Shown one piece after another: positions 32,740 through 36,453 of a DNA stretch of 36,453 nucleotides. The stretch lies in the NCBI GenBank assembly GCA_051942245.1, contig JAVECL010000201.1:1-36453 (forward strand), given 5' to 3'. The notes beneath the pieces are model-generated. The model made no database searches. It was not told the DNA's origin and saw only the letters and a list, made by a program, of their open reading frames with translations. Numbering within the stretch: the stretch's first letter is position 1; each line of letters starts with the position of its first letter. Source of the stretch: Trypethelium eluteriae (lineage: Eukaryota). The translations under genes were made by a program, and so were the position numbers.

Positions 32740-35604
32740 ATGGACTTCCTCAAGTCTGCTGTCGTCTCTGCTATTCAAAAAAGCTCCTCGTTCCCTTATA
32801 TCATTGGCGACAGAGTAGATATTGAACAGTCCCTGTGGACGCTCAACAATGGCACAAAACGGGTACGCAAATTCTAAAGCCGCCGCTTTGGTGACTCTCT
32901 AATCCAGACAATAGGAAGACGGTTCGAGGTGCAGTATATTCACATTCGATGTCAATACCAATCGAAGCCGGCTTGCCCTAGCGAGAAATACGGTCCGAAA
33001 ATTGCGAACGATTAGGCACCCTGGCGTTATCCGAGTCTTAGACACCATTGAGGTAGAAACAAGCCATGTTCAGGGTAGGTTGAAGCTTACTGAAGACGGA
33101 GGCAGACAGATTCTCACATCTACCTTGCGACGGAGCGACTTATCCCACTTGGTTGGCACACAAAAAGGAAGAGTCTGGCTGAGGAGACCATAAAATGGGG
33201 CCTCTGTAACGTCGCTGTAGGTTGGAGCTGTATCGCATCGCATCCAGACATGTCTGATGGACCTACTCCAGAAAACCATCAAATTTATAAATGACGAGGC
33301 CACATCCGTGCATGGCGCCATCAAGACGTCGTCGATTTTCACGAGCGAGAGTGGGGAGTGGAAGCTTGGAGGCTTCGATGTACTGAGCTCCATGAAAGAT
33401 GATGATGCGGTCATATACGTATGCCACAAGCACAATAAGATTCAAGACTAGAAGCAGCTGGACTGACATTTTCCAGGCTTATGGAAGTTTAGTGCCAGAT
33501 TCTGCTCGTTATGCCGCACCCGAGGTTGCGAAAGGGGGCTGGGAAGCCATTAAACGAAGTCCGATATACACGGTTGATTCGTACGACTTTGGCATCTTGA
33601 TATTCGAGGTCTTTAATGGGGGATTCTCTGGTGGCGACCAGATTGGTCAAACCAAGAATGTACCTCCTAGCATGCATTCAAGCTACAAGAGACTCTTAAA
33701 TCCAAACCCGAAAGTCAGACTCAGTGTCGGCAATTTCCTGGAACAAGGCCGCAGACACGGTGGCTTTTTCGAGACACCATTGATACACTTGACTGAAGGT
33801 ATAGAGAACCTTGGCTTGAAAGACGAGACAGAACGAGAGGAATTTCTTAAGTAAGTTCCCGTATATTAGTGTGTCCGAACCGGCAGCTAACATATTGTAG
33901 TCAGCTTGATGGCGTTCAAGATGACTTTCCGGAGGAGTTCTTTAAGATGAAGGTCTTGCCGGAACTGCTCAAATCAGTAGAATTTGGTGGAGGCGGACCA
34001 AAAGTCTTTCGTGTTGTCATGAATATCAGCACCAAACTTTCCGAAGAAGAATTCGATACCCAGATCACTCCTGTGGTTGTTCGACTGTTCGCAAGCCCAG
34101 ATCGTGCAATGAGAGTCTGTTTACTGGACAATTTACCCCTGATCATTGACCATTTATCGCAAAAGCTAGTCTCAGACAAGATATTCCCACAGATGGTTCG
34201 TCTACGATCTGTCCTATTGCGACATATGCTGACACTCGGCAGGTCACTGGCTTCACGGATGTTGCACCGCTCGTACGCGAACAAACAGTCAAGGCTATTT
34301 TGACCGTGATTGGGAAGCTGTCTGATAGGGTCATTAATGGTGAATTGCTTCGGTATCTTGCGAAGACTGCAAATGACGAACAGCCTGGAATTCGAACGAA
34401 CACTACCATCTGTCTGGGGAAAATAGCTAAGAACTTGGGTAACAACGTAAGCCTCCGTGTGTTACATCCGTTTCCACTCTGCTGATATCTATTGAAGACT
34501 CGTGGAAAAGTATTGATAGCCGCTTTTTCGCGCTCCCTGCGAGATCCATTCCTACATGCGAGGAATGCTTCATTATTAGCACTCGCTGCTACTTCAGATT
34601 GCTTTAACGAAGAAGATTGTGCTACCAAGATTCTCCCTGCAATCTGCTCCTCGCTCATTGACAAGGAAAAGTAAGGACTACACCTTGCAAACTTGATACA
34701 TGTATCCGAATCACAACTGCTCACCTGCTTTAGACTTGTCCGCGATCAAGCCAACAAAACGCTAGACCTTTACCTCCAACGTGTCCGTAAATACAGCTCC
34801 ACTCTGCCCGATACCGTCCAGCCTGCTGCCACTTCCAACTCCACTAGTGGCACCATTCCACGCATGTCTACGCCTCAAAATGATACCTCCTGGGCCGGTT
34901 GGGCCATCTCCTCCTTCACCAACAAACTCTCCAGTGCCCAAGGAGAAATCAATTCCACCGCCACAGCATCCACCAACGGCCATCCACCTTCCCGACCTCA
35001 AGCTCCTCGCACCGTTTCCGACCAGACTAACTCCACTCTTGCCGCCACACAATCCCGCACTACTACCAAACCCTCCTCACCCTCTCCCTTGCATCGACAA
35101 GCTCTTTCCTCCCCAACCGAAACAGATCTTATGTCCAGCTCCACCCCTTCAGTCGCCGAAGACTTCAACGAGCCCTGGGGTGACGATTTCGGCGCCTCCG
35201 CTATTGGCGCAGGCGAAGACCCCGATGAATTCAACGGCGCCTGGGGCGACGACGCCAACGATCCCTTCGCTCAAACGGCGGCAAAACCAGCCGTCGCGAC
35301 GGCGACCTTCGACGACAAGGGTGAGCCGGACTTTGCGGGATGGCTAAATGCACAGGCGCAGGCGAAGACGAAGAAAAAGAATCCGCTGCCGAAGGGACTA
35401 GGGAAGAGTGCCACGACTGGAAGGCCAGTTGTCGGAGGTAGGAGTAATACCACGGGGGCGGTGGTGGACGCGAAGAAGGCTGCTGGAGTAAATGGGTCGA
35501 GTGTCGCTGGTGCCACCAAAGCCATAAAGCCGGTGGCCGTGAAGAAGGTAGAGCCGGCGAAAGAGGAGGTAGATGATGAGGGGTGGGGGGATGCTTGGGA
35601 ATGA
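32740..35604 (+). CDS. CEX1: SCY1-like pseudokinase with HEAT repeats (Cex1/SCYL1 orthologue); 9 exons
   Basis: MDFLKSAV..FPY, KLRTIRHPGVIRVLD, SIFTSESGEWKLGGFD, FFKMKVLPELLK, LFASPDRAMRVCLL, DEQPGIRTNTTICLGKIA and LRDPFLHAR. Introns at 32863-32914, 33053-33105, 33217-33271, 33419-33476, 33851-33900, 34196-34242, 34447-34497 and 34671-34733. Disordered tail ending GWGDAWE*. Confidence 0.93.
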
Positions 35605-35919
35605 TGGCTAGTGATCAATGAAGTTGCGTGCATGTAACGATAGGATTGCGAACGATTTGACGAAAACTAGAGGCGTCTGGTAATGAGTGGCATGGTCTCG
35701 AGATGGATGCTGGGACGGCACTGCGCATTGGGAGAAGGCTTTCGGCCCTTTCACGATACCCTGTAAGAGCAAGAATCATGCGAATCACGATCATTCGCAC
35801 CATCGCGTATCTCCCACAGTTTCCAGTTTATCGATTCCGACGAAAATGGAAGCGCTTTAATTCGAAGGGTATCTTGTGCCCATTCAAACAAGTAGTATGC
35901 ACGCCTTATCGCTTAACTT

Positions 35920-36453
35920 TTACGTCCTCCCATTCACATTCCCATTCCCATTCGCATTCGTCCCCGCCACCTCACCCCTCCCTACACACTCCTTCGCCCG
36001 ATTAATCTCCCGCCGATCCATCCCCTCCGTCTCCAAGTACTCGCCATACGCCACGAGCACCCTCTCGAGCCCCTCCTTCACCCCCAACCTAATCCTCTCC
36101 ACCTCATCCACCCGCCCTCGCATCCCCTCCTCAAACCCGACATCCGTCCAGTGCACGCCGAAGCCAGCGAGGAAGCGGTCGACAGCAGTGATGGTAGCCG
36201 TCAGCGCGCGCACGATCGCCGGCACGTCCTTGGCGACGAGGCCGAACGCGTCCTCGCGCAGCGCGTGGTGCACGAGGTGCGAGAGGGCGGAGACGGCGTG
36301 CAGGATGGCGCCGGTGTGGGCATAGGGGGCCCCCGCGATGACGGCGGTGGCGCGTCGGCCGAAGGTGCAGCGGAAGGGGGCGCCAAGCGGGGAGCGGAGC
36401 AGGCTGAGCGTGAGGCTGTGCGCTTGCGCTTGGAGGCTGTCGGGGTGGAGTTG
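35920..36453 (-). CDS. NDC1: Nucleoporin/spindle-pole-body membrane protein Ndc1, C-terminal part (5' end beyond the window)
   Basis: The frame is open to the window edge: LLRSPLGAPFRCTFGRRATAVIAGAPY..AVSALSHLVHHALREDAFGLVAKDVPAIVR..GVHWTDV..GLERVLVAYGEYL. This matches the remembered C-terminal signature of filamentous-fungal Ndc1 (SLxEDxxGxVxxD, HWTDV). Confidence 0.82.
   Translation of the reverse strand, partial: QLHPDSLQAQAHSLTLSLLRSPLGAPFRCTFGRRATAVIAGAPYAHTGAILHAVSALSHLVHHALREDAFGLVAKDVPAIVRALTATITAVDRFLAGFGVHWTDVGFEEGMRGRVDEVERIRLGVKEGLERVLVAYGEYLETEGMDRREINRAKECVGRGEVAGTNANGNGNVNGRT
35931..35960 (+). repeat. Hexamer microsatellite (CATTCN)5 in the NDC1 C-terminal codons
   Basis: cattca cattcc cattcc cattcg cattcg; encodes NANGNGNVNG on the minus strand. 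Confidence 0.85.

Noticed and set aside
36361..36390. Apparent frameshift in NDC1 at a G-run
   Set aside because: Recounting the five G's gives in-frame LGAPFR; there is no shift.
1..36453. CRISPR arrays, tRNA/rRNA genes, intact transposons, PKS/NRPS genes
   Set aside because: No repeat-spacer periodicity, RNA-gene signatures, TIR/LTR pairs, transposase/RT motifs or megasynthase domains were recognised by eye.

Overview
Eukaryotic DNA from a filamentous ascomycete (Pezizomycotina-like), with GT-AG introns and CTRAC-type branch points. There are about 11 protein-coding genes. Left to right: an intronless SAK1/Ssp1-type CAMKK kinase (minus, runs off the left edge, absent from the ORF track); a ~4.9 kb gene-poor gap; a secreted hybrid-B-type heme peroxidase; a DHA1-type MFS transporter; an orphan, possibly decaying ORF; a CYP65-like P450; a Zn2Cys6 transcription factor; a HeLo-like-N/Cys-His/ankyrin protein without a NACHT domain; a voltage-gated proton channel (Hv1); a ~1.4k-aa chromatin protein; the SCY1-family pseudokinase CEX1; and the 3' end of nucleoporin NDC1. 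The most unusual items are (1) the chromatin protein, which appears to combine a Set1-type RRM (SET_assoc), a PHD finger, a forkhead domain and a BAH domain and may use a 7-nt microexon, and (2) the NLR-like ankyrin protein lacking a nucleotide-binding domain. All family calls are motif recognition by eye. No database searches were run and exon boundaries are manual predictions.
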